From Candidatus Woesebacteria bacterium (GTDB taxonomy: Bacteria > Patescibacteriota > Microgenomatia > UBA8517), in NCBI GenBank assembly GCA_020060845.1, contig JAGUZK010000017.1, positions 23,935 to 87,934 of the forward strand: a stretch of 64,000 bases of DNA. The letters run 5' to 3'. Below are positions 20,419-30,924 of the stretch, in pieces. The notes beneath the pieces are model-generated. The model had not been told where the DNA came from and searched no databases. It saw only the letters and a program-made list of their open reading frames with translations. Positions within the stretch are counted from its first letter, which is position 1; each line of letters begins with the position of its first letter. The translations under genes were made by a program, and so were the position numbers.

Positions 20419-21780
20419 TCAGTTATTTCTAACCATAATATCTACATTATCAACTCTATCAACAACTTTATAATATCTCTCAACATATGAAGATATCCTA
20501 GGCATACTTTCTATCAGATTGATGCCAGATACTGTCGCATACTTGTCCCTAAGGACAACCTTTGGTGGATCAATCATCAATCCCAAAAGTATCTTATCCT
20601 CAGCAACCTTCATAAACCATGGGAACTGAAACACAAATACATTCCCTGGGGGCAGTGTGTTTGTTAGATAGTATATATGAGGAGTAGTCCCAAAAGAAAA
20701 CACTTTCCCCCCATCTCGATAGTAATTTGCCTTTGCTGTCAAACTACGCTCAAATTCCCCAAAAAAGTATACCTCTCTTCCAAGATTTTGGCGAATCATA
20801 TAAATGCAAAAAAAGACACTTCCCACAATAAAAGCGCCAAGAAAAAAGGGGTAAATTTTATTTTGGCTAGAGGTATATACTGCCCCAATCACAGCAAATG
20901 GCAAAGCAGGCTGTAAATGCACATAATCAAACCTTGCAAACGCAAAAAAAAGTGATCCAAGAAAAAATATTAAAAGAAGATAAAAAAACTTATCAATCTT
21001 AAGATGTCTCCTCCATAATATAGAAAAGATCCAAGGAAGAACTACAGGCAAGACTTTCAAAAGCTCAACTATCTGTGGCGCCTTCCTTCCCATGCGCGCG
21101 AAGGTAGTAATATTGAAAATAAAACTCCAATAATAAAAATCTCTCCAGATTCCCAACAAAACCACCCACATTAGCAAAAAGGCTACTGGGAGTAAAATCC
21201 CAACCAAGAACTCTTTAAGAACCTTTCTGCTTCTTATCCCAATAGATAAATAAACGATCAACATCCCAACAAGAGGTAGGGAAGTCTGTTTCAAAATTAA
21301 TGTCAAGCCCATCATCAAACCACCCAGTTTGGCGTATCCAGATCTATTAAAGCCTATCCCCTGAACTAAAAAATAAAATGCCCAGAGAAGAGCAGTTTGA
21401 GCAAAAGAATCTATCCAAAGTACATACCCTTCCAGAGGCGGCTGCCAAAGTAAAAAAAGAACATTGCCTACCAGCCTAAGTCCTGGTTTCTTTACCAAAA
21501 CTCCACAAATTTTACTTATTGCAACATGGCTTAAGACAACGAGTAAATAAAGCAACACTCGCATTTCCCAAACCTCATCTATACCCAAAGTAGCGAGGTT
21601 TACGGGAAAAAAGAATACACCAGGAAAGTGCTGATCGATAATTTGTTTGTAAGGGACAAGACCAGATTTAGTCAGAAAAGAATACACAAAAATCTCCGGG
21701 TACGGAAAAAACTTCATAAGCGAAAGAATGGCCACGTGGGTAATAATAACTAGCGTCAATAAAAATTTATACTTCTTCAT
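20419..21780 (-). CDS. Putative GT-C membrane glycosyltransferase
   Basis: Multi-TM; PY..IIDQHFPG loop, LKQT, C-terminal soluble domain. Confidence 0.6.
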   Translation of the reverse strand: MKKYKFLLTLVIITHVAILSLMKFFPYPEIFVYSFLTKSGLVPYKQIIDQHFPGVFFFPVNLATLGIDEVWEMRVLLYLLVVLSHVAISKICGVLVKKPGLRLVGNVLFLLWQPPLEGYVLWIDSFAQTALLWAFYFLVQGIGFNRSGYAKLGGLMMGLTLILKQTSLPLVGMLIVYLSIGIRSRKVLKEFLVGILLPVAFLLMWVVLLGIWRDFYYWSFIFNITTFARMGRKAPQIVELLKVLPVVLPWIFSILWRRHLKIDKFFYLLLIFFLGSLFFAFARFDYVHLQPALPFAVIGAVYTSSQNKIYPFFLGAFIVGSVFFCIYMIRQNLGREVYFFGEFERSLTAKANYYRDGGKVFSFGTTPHIYYLTNTLPPGNVFVFQFPWFMKVAEDKILLGLMIDPPKVVLRDKYATVSGINLIESMPRISSYVERYYKVVDRVDNVDIMVRNN

Positions 21781-23243
21781 CTTACAAAGTGATAAATAAA
21801 CCCAACTCCATTAAAATTATATATTTGATCCAAGGTGAAATCTTCCTCAATTGTCTTTCTGACATAACCATTAGGGTCAGACAAACTGCTAAGATACTCA
21901 AAATAAAAGACCCCACCTTTAGAAGAAACCAATTCTCTAGTAATAGATAACGATTCCCCAGTTGCCAATATTGAATCTGCTCCCCCAAATGAAAAATTGT
22001 TCGTAGCATACCAGCGGTAGGGAGCAAACGGCTCCGGATAGCTAAATATTACTACTTCATCCGCCTTTGCACTTCTCTCAATAAAGTGGACTGCAGATTT
22101 CCAATCCTCCCTGTGATTTGTTCTGTCGAAATAATATATTCCAAGTGATAAAAGGTTGATAAGTATAAAACCTAATAGGAAAACAACAACATTTCTTTTA
22201 TTTTTGAATTCCTTAAGTCCACTAACCAGAAGCCCATAAAAGCCAGGGAGTATAAATACCATCCTAAAGTAGTTAAAAACTGGAATAACGAAGGACAACA
22301 ACAAGCTAAGCACAAGGGGGATGGTAAACCAATAAAGATAATAATTCTTGGTTATCTTTCCCACCATTGCTTTTCCAAACACAACAATAAAGGGCAGAGA
22401 ACAAATAAACACCAAAAAATAATATAAAAGCTTCACCTGGAGGGTAATCCTGCCTAGAACATATTTCATCCAAAGTAGTGCTATCTGCTTAATGCTCACA
22501 CCCCCTGAAACTCTCGCCCAGGAAGGAACAGTCTCAAGCAACCATCTTCCTCCCCCCAACTGATGTAAAAAATTCGGAACCCAAAAGCCAAAAAACAAAA
22601 TTGAAGGGAAAAACGAAATAAAAAAAAGTAACCACCACTTTTTTTCTCTAACAGAGACAGAAGCATATACTAAAAAAGTGAAAAACATAAGAACCGGTAA
22701 GTAATCCGTCATAATAAGCAAAGCATTGGATAGTGAAAATCCTATCCAACTTCCAAGTGATCCATTTTTTAAAGTTTTTATAAAAAAATAGGAAGATAAA
22801 CTCACCAAGAAAATACTCATTGAATACATCCTTGCTTCCTGCGAATAATAGACATGAATTTGAGAAGTGGCCAAAAGAAAAGCAATAGCTAAGGCCCAAT
22901 TTCTATCAGCACTGATATAACTCTCAATTTTATAGACAAGATAAATAGTAAGTATCGCAAAAACAACAGATGGAAACCTAAGGGCCACCTCACTGTAACC
23001 AGAAATTGAAGTCCAGAATTTCAACAATAAATAATAAAGAGGTGGATGATTATCCACCTTTGCAAAACTGTTTAGAATTTCGCCAACCGAAAGATCTCGC
23101 GCTGCCAAGGCTCCTATTGCCTCATCAAGCCAAAGTGATTGATCAAGGTTGATAAGCCTTAATATTAAGGCAACCATTATAACTAACAGCATAAAATATT
23201 TACTACCAATTAATCGATTAATCGATTGAAGTATAAAACTCAT
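21777..23243 (-). CDS. GT-C membrane glycosyltransferase (PMT_2, GT39/83-like)
   Basis: SLWLDEA, DNHPPLYY, LRFPS, YSQEARMY, EDWKSA. Confidence 0.85.
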   Translation of the reverse strand: MSFILQSINRLIGSKYFMLLVIMVALILRLINLDQSLWLDEAIGALAARDLSVGEILNSFAKVDNHPPLYYLLLKFWTSISGYSEVALRFPSVVFAILTIYLVYKIESYISADRNWALAIAFLLATSQIHVYYSQEARMYSMSIFLVSLSSYFFIKTLKNGSLGSWIGFSLSNALLIMTDYLPVLMFFTFLVYASVSVREKKWWLLFFISFFPSILFFGFWVPNFLHQLGGGRWLLETVPSWARVSGGVSIKQIALLWMKYVLGRITLQVKLLYYFLVFICSLPFIVVFGKAMVGKITKNYYLYWFTIPLVLSLLLSFVIPVFNYFRMVFILPGFYGLLVSGLKEFKNKRNVVVFLLGFILINLLSLGIYYFDRTNHREDWKSAVHFIERSAKADEVVIFSYPEPFAPYRWYATNNFSFGGADSILATGESLSITRELVSSKGGVFYFEYLSSLSDPNGYVRKTIEEDFTLDQIYNFNGVGFIYHFVR

Positions 23244-24040
23244 ATTGACCTCAAAAAACTTGAGACTGGGACTATTTTATTTTTCTCGATTGCCTGATCC
23301 CAAGAAAAAAATGCAACTCCTGCTGATGGTAGTTTAACAGCCTCCCTGACTTCTTTTTGAATTTCATTAACCGTAAGCTTATCCTCCAGATAATCGGGCA
23401 TATCCTTAAGCTGAACAATTGGAATAATTTCAGCTTTGATTCCAAGCTTAAAAAGATATTGACTATACTCAGAAATGTAAGATACCGGCTTACCAATCAT
23501 TCTGTGATAAAGCATTGGAGAGACAGAATCAAAGACCTCCCCAAGTTTTTTATGGTCCTGGCCCAAAACATCAGCTATCCAACTACAATCTTCCATCTTG
23601 AAAGGGACAGCAAAATATCCAGTTTTGGTCTGGCTTGTTACCGCCCCCAAGGCCCGATTTGCAAGCGCCAATATTAACTGTGACCTATCTCTTCCCTTAC
23701 AATACTGGCACTCCTTATGAAAGCCCAAATTTTCTTTACTGGGATCTTCCCAGTGTCCCTCAAACCTTAAATGGTCAAACCAAATAATATCTGGTTTATA
23801 CTTACAAGCACTCTTGATTTTAGTTATTAGAAAGTCAAATGCTACATCTGAAGCGGGACAGACATCTCCTCCAGGAAGCGAAGTAAAAGAAATTCCCTTC
23901 CAACTAAAACACCTTTTAATCTGACTCCACCTAGACCGATTAAGTCTCTCTAAAGCGGCTATTACCCCATCCGCTTTTGGCAGCAAAAGCTCGCTATCGG
24001 TAAAATCACGAAACTTATACTCCAAAAAAAGTATCTTCAT
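23240..24040 (-). CDS. Putative GHL10/DUF187-like glycoside hydrolase (TIM barrel)
   Basis: DIIWFDHLRF, GQD...DSVSPMLYH and GVAFFSW resemble GHL10 motifs. ATG 24040 overlaps the upstream stop (ATGA). Confidence 0.5.
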   Translation of the reverse strand: MKILFLEYKFRDFTDSELLLPKADGVIAALERLNRSRWSQIKRCFSWKGISFTSLPGGDVCPASDVAFDFLITKIKSACKYKPDIIWFDHLRFEGHWEDPSKENLGFHKECQYCKGRDRSQLILALANRALGAVTSQTKTGYFAVPFKMEDCSWIADVLGQDHKKLGEVFDSVSPMLYHRMIGKPVSYISEYSQYLFKLGIKAEIIPIVQLKDMPDYLEDKLTVNEIQKEVREAVKLPSAGVAFFSWDQAIEKNKIVPVSSFLRSI

Positions 24041-24795
24041 CGAACCTCTTTTGACCATATCTTTACCCATAAACTAAAATGATAAAATGCCATCAGGTAC
24101 GATAGAACAAAACCCCGCCAACCATCCAAAAACCCGAGTCGATAAAAATATCTCACGACAAAATTATAAGTCGGCTGGAAGAAAAGCTGTAAATAAGAAA
24201 ATTTAACTCCTCTTTCTAGCATCTGATCTGCCTCAAGCTCACTATAACGATTTATCATATCTAAAAATTCCGTTACAGTTTCATACTGGTGGTGGATCTT
24301 AGCCCCCTTTAATTTTCCAACTTCCCCGTCAACAACAACCTCCTCGTGAACACTTCCTACCCACTTGCCCTTATTTCTCCTCCAAAGCCAAATATGTCGA
24401 TCTAGCTCTGGTTGCCAGCGGGTGTAGCGAATAAACTTTCCAAAAATAATATTTTTTCTGGGAATCGAATAACCAACAATGTGAGTATCCCTGCCAGAAA
24501 TCACCTCTTTAATTTCACTGGCTAAGACTGGCTCAATTTCTTCATCTGCATCTAAAGACAAAATCCAATCTCCCGTTGCTTTACTTGCCGCATAATTTTT
24601 CTGGTTTGCATAGTTATCGAATTCTCTATGGTAGATCTTTGCTCCAAATCTTTTGGCAATCTCGACGGTTTTATCAGTACTTCCCGAATCGACAACAATT
24701 ATCTCATCAGCCAGCTCTCTCACTGATTCTAGACATCTAGGCAAGTCCTTTTCTTCATCTAAGGTTATTACCGTAACACTTAATCTTATACTCAT
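24037..24795 (-). CDS. Glycosyltransferase GT2 (WaaE/KdtX-like)
   Basis: VVDSGSTDKT, QKN, WILSLDADE, VHE, GFLDGWRG. Confidence 0.9.
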   Translation of the reverse strand: MSIRLSVTVITLDEEKDLPRCLESVRELADEIIVVDSGSTDKTVEIAKRFGAKIYHREFDNYANQKNYAASKATGDWILSLDADEEIEPVLASEIKEVISGRDTHIVGYSIPRKNIIFGKFIRYTRWQPELDRHIWLWRRNKGKWVGSVHEEVVVDGEVGKLKGAKIHHQYETVTEFLDMINRYSELEADQMLERGVKFSYLQLFFQPTYNFVVRYFYRLGFLDGWRGFVLSYLMAFYHFSLWVKIWSKEVR

Positions 24796-24831
24796 AATTC
24801 GCGTCTATTTATCAAACACTCAAAAATGTAA

Positions 24832-25926
24832 CTAATTATCGCATTCGCCAATGAGTTCTTTAAATATCTTTTCATACTTTTCCGCAACCTTCTCCCAACT
24901 AAACTTCTCGGCTTGCTTTCTGGGTTTGCCCTCCCAATCAATATTTAAGGCTCTTTGGATAGCTTGTGCATACGAATCAATGTCTGTTGGATCCACCAAT
25001 ATTCCAGCATTTCCAACAATTTCCTTTCTAATCGGATCATCATTTACAACAACAGGTAATCCTGATGCTAAAGCTTCAAGTAGAACCATCTCAAAAGAGT
25101 AATATGGAGCTGTTGCTGACACAAAGACATCACACGACCTATAAACCAAGGGCATTTTTTCAAAACCAACTTTTATAATCTTAAACCTTTCCCCAAGCAA
25201 TTCCTTTCCTAACTTTTCCAATTCTTTTCTTAAGACTCCATCACCAACCACACACAAACTAAAATCCTTTAGCTTTGCAACTGCCCTTATAACCAAATCA
25301 ATTCTCTTTCCCGCTTCCAAGGCTCCAACAGACAAAACAATTGGTCGCGTTAAACCCAAATCAATTCTTCTTCCTTGGGGTGTAAACTTTCCCAAATCAA
25401 CACCATTTGGTATATATTCTACTCTAACAATGGGGTTTACTTTCTTTGCCCAGTTTTTGGCGTGCGTTGAAAGTGCTACAAAGCAGTCAGGAAAACACCA
25501 AAGATTATTTCTGTCATCCCAACCAATTCCCGAGTGGCCAACAACGACCATTTTCTTGTGGTTAAACCAAGTAAAAATTCTCATGAAAGCAGACTGCCAA
25601 CCTCCGTTTGTTGGAATAACAATATCAAACTTCTGCCTCCATAAAAACTTAAGTATTTTTATTGTAAAAAAAGCAATCTTAAGGCTTCTGTAATCCAAAA
25701 AGATTCTTCGTAAAAATGTTCCCTGCAATTCAGAAATCTTCCAATTAACAGCTGTGTTTGTAGAAAAAACTTTATAATTTTTTAGATCTTTACTCTTGTC
25801 GACTGGTCCTCCTTGAACAATCCAAATTTCATTCCCTCTTGATAAATAATTGGCAAGTTGATGTGCCCAAGTTTCTGCTCCTCTTTCCCAATAACCTGAA
25901 TAAAAGGATAAAATCGCTATTTTCAT
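24832..25926 (-). CDS. Glycosyltransferase GT4
   Basis: RGAE, IPNGVD, LLEALASGLPVV. Confidence 0.88.
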   Translation of the reverse strand: MKIAILSFYSGYWERGAETWAHQLANYLSRGNEIWIVQGGPVDKSKDLKNYKVFSTNTAVNWKISELQGTFLRRIFLDYRSLKIAFFTIKILKFLWRQKFDIVIPTNGGWQSAFMRIFTWFNHKKMVVVGHSGIGWDDRNNLWCFPDCFVALSTHAKNWAKKVNPIVRVEYIPNGVDLGKFTPQGRRIDLGLTRPIVLSVGALEAGKRIDLVIRAVAKLKDFSLCVVGDGVLRKELEKLGKELLGERFKIIKVGFEKMPLVYRSCDVFVSATAPYYSFEMVLLEALASGLPVVVNDDPIRKEIVGNAGILVDPTDIDSYAQAIQRALNIDWEGKPRKQAEKFSWEKVAEKYEKIFKELIGECDN

Positions 25927-25955
25927 CAGTCATAATTATCTCAAACTAAAATCCC

Positions 25956-26660
25956 TTAGTCCACAAATCGATACTTGACCAATGTCCAAAAAGCTACAAT
26001 TCCATCCTTCCAGGTAATTTTTTTGCCTTCATCGTACCCACGAGGGTTAACCTTAATCGGCACTTCATAAATCTTAAACCCTTTCTTCAGAAGCTTTGCG
26101 GTTATTTCTGGCTCAAAATCAAATCCTTTGGCTTTAATTTCTATTCCCGACAAAATACTACTAAGAAAAACCTTGTAACCTGTCTCCATATCCGAAACGT
26201 TTTTGCCAAAAAGAATATTTGTAATAAAACTTAAAAACTTATTGCCTAGGTAGTGTGTAATAAGCGGCGTTCTTTTTTTGCCCAAAATTTTTAGTGGATA
26301 ATTTTTCAATCTAGTACCGTAGACAACCTTAGCCTTCCCTTTTAGTATCGGTTCAATAATGTGTGGAATATACTTGGGGTCGTATTCAAGATCAGCATCC
26401 TGAATGAGAATAAAATCACCTTTTGAATTCCTAATCCCTGTCAAAACAGCAGCTCCTTTGCCAAAATTTTTGTTGTGGGAAACATACTTGATACCTTTTA
26501 TATTTTTAATAATTTTGGGGGTGGAATCAGTAGAACCATCATCTATAACTATTATTTCTTTAATAAGATTTTTAGGAAGCCTTATCTTCTGAACCTTTTT
26601 AATAATTTTTGCAACAGTCTTTTCCTCGTTATAAGCCGGAATGATTATTGAAAGCAACAT
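25956..26660 (-). CDS. GT2, DPM1-like polyprenol-phosphate glycosyltransferase
   Basis: IPAYNEE, DDGSTD, NFGKG, QDADLEYDP, DMETGYK, FDFEPE, EGKKITWKDG. Confidence 0.88.
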   Translation of the reverse strand: MLLSIIIPAYNEEKTVAKIIKKVQKIRLPKNLIKEIIVIDDGSTDSTPKIIKNIKGIKYVSHNKNFGKGAAVLTGIRNSKGDFILIQDADLEYDPKYIPHIIEPILKGKAKVVYGTRLKNYPLKILGKKRTPLITHYLGNKFLSFITNILFGKNVSDMETGYKVFLSSILSGIEIKAKGFDFEPEITAKLLKKGFKIYEVPIKVNPRGYDEGKKITWKDGIVAFWTLVKYRFVD

Positions 26661-26661
26661 T

Positions 26662-27348
26662 TTATTTATATGCAGTAGCTAAAACAGACAGCCCAAAAGG
26701 AGGACTAATAAATTTCTCGGGAAAAAGAAATACTTTTCCAAGTAAATCAAAAATCCTTAGTGACTTATCAGGAAGACTTTTTCTACGACCAAGTTTCATC
26801 AATAAAAACCACCCGATTGCAGCCCACCAATTAAGATACCTTACAGACACCTCTTTAAATCCAGCTAGCAAAAGCTTATCTTTCAGAGCATCCTTGCTAT
26901 ATCTCCTAAAATGTCCAATTTTCTGATCAAACCCGCTCATTAAAAAATTATGAGCGGGTACTATCAAAACCAAACTTCCACCACTGCTCAAAAGCTTAAA
27001 TATGTTTTTCAGGGCCCGACTATCATCTTTAATATGCTCCAGTACATTAAAACAAAAAACACTGTCAAACTTCCTCCTGCCAAAAAAATAGCTTCCTTTT
27101 TCTATATCACCGAAACCAAATTTAGCTTTACCCTTATATTTCGAATTTAGCCTTTGCATTGACTTACCATCAACGTCAATTCCAAAGACCTCTCCGCAAG
27201 TTAGCAAAAAAGGCGTAAAATTTCCTATTCCACAACCAACATCCAAGATTCGACCCCCAATCCTACTTTTGACCTGTGAAAAAAGCCACCTGTTATACCA
27301 AGAAGCCAATGCCATAGTCTCGAGAGTTTTGTAGGCTATATTTTTCAT
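26662..27348 (-). CDS. Class I SAM-dependent methyltransferase
   Basis: LDVGCGIG, NVLEHI, VPAH...D..IGHFRRY. Confidence 0.88.
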   Translation of the reverse strand: MKNIAYKTLETMALASWYNRWLFSQVKSRIGGRILDVGCGIGNFTPFLLTCGEVFGIDVDGKSMQRLNSKYKGKAKFGFGDIEKGSYFFGRRKFDSVFCFNVLEHIKDDSRALKNIFKLLSSGGSLVLIVPAHNFLMSGFDQKIGHFRRYSKDALKDKLLLAGFKEVSVRYLNWWAAIGWFLLMKLGRRKSLPDKSLRIFDLLGKVFLFPEKFISPPFGLSVLATAYK

Positions 27349-27422
27349 TGTTAGTAATTATACCCCGAAGAAGTATTAAATGTTGATAAAAACAATTCTA
27401 TAAAGCATTATTATTATATTAA

Positions 27423-29309
27423 ATGTGTGGAATTGCTGGAAAGGTTTATTTAAACCGCGGAGAAATCACCAATAAGGAGATGACGGAAATGGCCCAGAAA
27501 ATCGCTCACAGAGGGCCAGATGATCAAGGTATATATATTTCCGAAGATAAAAGGATTGGTTTGGTAAACCGCAGGCTGGCAATCATAGACCTAACCCCCA
27601 AAGGACACCAACCAATGAACTTTGCGAATAAGTACTGGATTACATTTAACGGCGAAATCTACAATTTCTTATCCGAAAGAGTAATCCTTGAAAAGGAGGG
27701 TTACCGCTTCAGCTCTGGAACCGACACTGAAGTTCTTCTTGCTCTATATGATAAATATGGAATAGCGTGTCTTAAACACCTTCGAGGGATGTTTGCATTT
27801 GCAATTTACGATAAACAAAAAAATATATTATTTTTAGCAAGGGACAGAATTGGGAAAAAACCTCTCAAATACTACTTTGATGGAAACACTTTCATATTTG
27901 CCTCCGAACTAAAAGCAATATTAACCCAAAAGGAAGTTAAAAAAATTCCTGATTATGAGGCAATTTACCACTACCTAACATTTGGGTATGTGATTCCACC
28001 CAAAACAGGTTTTATCGGAATAAACAAACTAGAACCAGGAAACTATCTAACTCTTGACATAAAGAAGGGAAAAATAAAAAAAGAGTGCTATTGGATGCCC
28101 AACTTCACCCCAAAACTAGATCTGACAGAACAAGAATGGAAAGAAAAAATTTTAGATGAGCTTTCAACGGCCACAAGACTAAGACTTATTTCTGATGTTC
28201 CCATAGGAGCCTTCTTATCGGGCGGTGTTGACTCAAGCGCCATTGTTGCTCTAATGGCCAAATACTCCCCAAAGCCCATCCGAACTTTTACAATTGGTTT
28301 TAGGGAAAAAGCATTCGACGAATCCCCTTATGCAAAAAAAATATCGCAAATCTACTCAACCGATCACACCCAAATAATTGCAAACCCCGAAAGTATAGAA
28401 ATACTACCACAACTTGTCTATCAATATGAGGAACCATACGCCGATGCAAGCGCAATTGTAACCTATATGGTAAGTAGGCTTGCCAAAAAATATGTAACGG
28501 TTATTCTAAACGGAGACGGCGGTGATGAAAATTTCGCAGGTTACGATAGATACCGCAGAATTGCAAGGGATACCTTTTTTGATAACTTTCGAGACATTAT
28601 TACACCAATCGCAGTACCAATTACCTCTCTAATGGAAAAAGCTCTCCTCCCCCGGAACTTCTGGGTAAGGTCAAAAAAATTTTTAGTAAAATCTAAACTT
28701 CCTTTATCGGATAGATTTGTTTCTTATATAGAGTATTTTAATAACAAAGAAAAAGATGTTCTGGTAGAAGATAAGTTGAAAGCTGATATTGCTAAGGTTG
28801 ATTCTTACCAAATTGTCAGAAAAGTTTTCAATAATTTGGGTACAATAGATCCTGCTGACAAGGCCTTATTTTGGGACTTGAGGTACTATTTACCAGAGGA
28901 CTTGCTAGTCAAAGTAGATATAGCAAGTATGAGCGTTGGTCTTGAAGCGCGATCACCCTTCACCGATCACAAGGTAGTAGAACTTGCCTGTCAAATTCCT
29001 TTTAACCTCAAGGTTAAGAACTTTAGGGAAAACAAGTATATTCTTAAAAAAGCATTAGAAGGAATAGTACCCCCTGAAAACTTATATAGGAAAAAAGTGG
29101 GTTTTAGTATTCCGCTTCATAGGTGGTTTACAGGAAAGCTTAATCTTTATGCCAAAGACAAACTTCTCTCAAAAAATACAAAAGTTTTATCTTTCTTGAA
29201 AAGAGACCGCATAAGACAAATGCTTGACACACACACTGAAAAAAGCGATTTTGGCCCTAAGCTATGGTCAATCTTGACCTTGGAGCTTTGGATGAGAAGT
29301 TATTTCTAA
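27423..29309 (+). CDS. asnB: Asparagine synthase (glutamine-hydrolysing)-like amidotransferase, probably glycan-modifying
   Basis: N-terminal MCGIAG, HRGPD, RLAIID, NGEIYN, DTEV, FLSGGVDSS, GDGGDE, LEARSPF. Confidence 0.9.
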   Translation: MCGIAGKVYLNRGEITNKEMTEMAQKIAHRGPDDQGIYISEDKRIGLVNRRLAIIDLTPKGHQPMNFANKYWITFNGEIYNFLSERVILEKEGYRFSSGTDTEVLLALYDKYGIACLKHLRGMFAFAIYDKQKNILFLARDRIGKKPLKYYFDGNTFIFASELKAILTQKEVKKIPDYEAIYHYLTFGYVIPPKTGFIGINKLEPGNYLTLDIKKGKIKKECYWMPNFTPKLDLTEQEWKEKILDELSTATRLRLISDVPIGAFLSGGVDSSAIVALMAKYSPKPIRTFTIGFREKAFDESPYAKKISQIYSTDHTQIIANPESIEILPQLVYQYEEPYADASAIVTYMVSRLAKKYVTVILNGDGGDENFAGYDRYRRIARDTFFDNFRDIITPIAVPITSLMEKALLPRNFWVRSKKFLVKSKLPLSDRFVSYIEYFNNKEKDVLVEDKLKADIAKVDSYQIVRKVFNNLGTIDPADKALFWDLRYYLPEDLLVKVDIASMSVGLEARSPFTDHKVVELACQIPFNLKVKNFRENKYILKKALEGIVPPENLYRKKVGFSIPLHRWFTGKLNLYAKDKLLSKNTKVLSFLKRDRIRQMLDTHTEKSDFGPKLWSILTLELWMRSYF

Positions 29310-30916
29310 TTAAACTTGTTATACTCCTTTTGGATATTTTCCAATAACTGGTCGCTATACCATCTCTGACTGTTATCAAGTATGGTGGCTGATATTTTAC
29401 CTTGACTTAGACTATTTAAAAATCTTTCACCAAATGAGTTTTGAACAACTGGATTTCCCGTCTCGTGAATTATAACAATATGCTTTCCATCTGGTTGATC
29501 GGGATCATAAGGAAACAGTCCGTGAGAGCGGTATATCCAATCCCAACCCCAGTTTAGATAACTTCTCTGAACCTTTAATCCCATACTTCCTAAAAGATAA
29601 ATCCAACCACCATCAGTAATATCGCGATTCCCAAAAACGTAAACCGAAGAATCTCTTAATGATACATTATCTGCCAGCTTCTCAAGAAAAACTATCTTAT
29701 CTCTTGTCGGATATGTAACAGTAGAGTTTACTAAGGTATTGATATTTGCTAATAATAAAAAGCAAAAAAAGATATAAATAAACTTCTGTAACCCAAGCTT
29801 GGATATGAAAAATAAACCCTCAGAAATTATCAATACAACTGCGGGAAAAGTAACTACATAATAGTGCTGATGTACAGAATATTTCAAAAGATAAGAATAA
29901 AAAGATATACCGAACAAAAAAGAGAATAAAACAAAATAAGGGGAAATGAATTTTTTAATTTCAACAGGCTTAAGAACCGACCTTTTTACAACTAAGTACC
30001 AAATTGGTAACGATAAAAAAATTAACAAAATTACTTCTGTAAAATGATATCCCAACGGCTTTGGATACGAGTTTCTGTAATGAAAATACAGACTAATGTT
30101 TTCGGAAGGAGTTAAGAAAAAAAATCTAGTAAAATTTTGAAATATTGTGTCGACTGATAATGTACTTCTAAAATTATTACCTATAAGAGATTCCTCGGTG
30201 TTTCTAGAAAATATGTGTACAAAAAAGGGTCGGAAAACTGTTCCCGGATGTCTAATTTCAAATACCAAGATGGGAAGTATCGAAATTAAGACAAATAAAA
30301 AAGTGAACAAGTATTCTCTTTTGATTAAGGGCAGTCTGAAAACAATAAAAACCAAAAGCGAGCTTAACAATAGAACAGTTAAGGATGGGTCTGAATGCCA
30401 TGCAAATGTGGCTGGGAACAAGAGTAAAAATAAATATATAATTTTTTTTTCAACTAGTTTTACTGCTCCTATTATATGAATAACAGCAAGTAACGGATCT
30501 AAGGTCAAAGCCCACCATCTCCTATCAAATAAAGAAACAAGCGCTGATGTAGCGTAAAGAAAGCTTGCAATATAACCCAATCTTTTGTCCAGAATTATTT
30601 TTCCTGCAACATATACAAAATAGGTTGTAAAAACACCTAAAATTGAAGCAAAAAGGGACATTATGACAGGGCTACCCATAGTTAGATAAAACAGTGGAGC
30701 CGACAATAAATGAAAAAAGGATCCTATACTTGTCGAGAGCTGGGCATTTGGGACAACTAAGACCGGTTTTACTTCAACTATTTTTCTAACCAAAAAATAA
30801 AATATTTCCTCATCTCCTGAAAAATATTGAAACTGGTGGAATTTGTATAACCTAAAAAAAGCAGAAACCAGAAGAATAAAAATCAAGGTTGCATTTTTAC
30901 GAAAAAAAATCTTCAT
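29306..30916 (-). CDS. GT-C membrane glycosyltransferase (ArnT/PMT_2-like)
   Basis: Multi-TM; FRLY...FSGDEE acidic first loop; C-terminal soluble domain. Confidence 0.7.
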   Translation of the reverse strand: MKIFFRKNATLIFILLVSAFFRLYKFHQFQYFSGDEEIFYFLVRKIVEVKPVLVVPNAQLSTSIGSFFHLLSAPLFYLTMGSPVIMSLFASILGVFTTYFVYVAGKIILDKRLGYIASFLYATSALVSLFDRRWWALTLDPLLAVIHIIGAVKLVEKKIIYLFLLLFPATFAWHSDPSLTVLLLSSLLVFIVFRLPLIKREYLFTFLFVLISILPILVFEIRHPGTVFRPFFVHIFSRNTEESLIGNNFRSTLSVDTIFQNFTRFFFLTPSENISLYFHYRNSYPKPLGYHFTEVILLIFLSLPIWYLVVKRSVLKPVEIKKFISPYFVLFSFLFGISFYSYLLKYSVHQHYYVVTFPAVVLIISEGLFFISKLGLQKFIYIFFCFLLLANINTLVNSTVTYPTRDKIVFLEKLADNVSLRDSSVYVFGNRDITDGGWIYLLGSMGLKVQRSYLNWGWDWIYRSHGLFPYDPDQPDGKHIVIIHETGNPVVQNSFGERFLNSLSQGKISATILDNSQRWYSDQLLENIQKEYNKFN

Positions 30917-30924
30917 TAGCTAAG

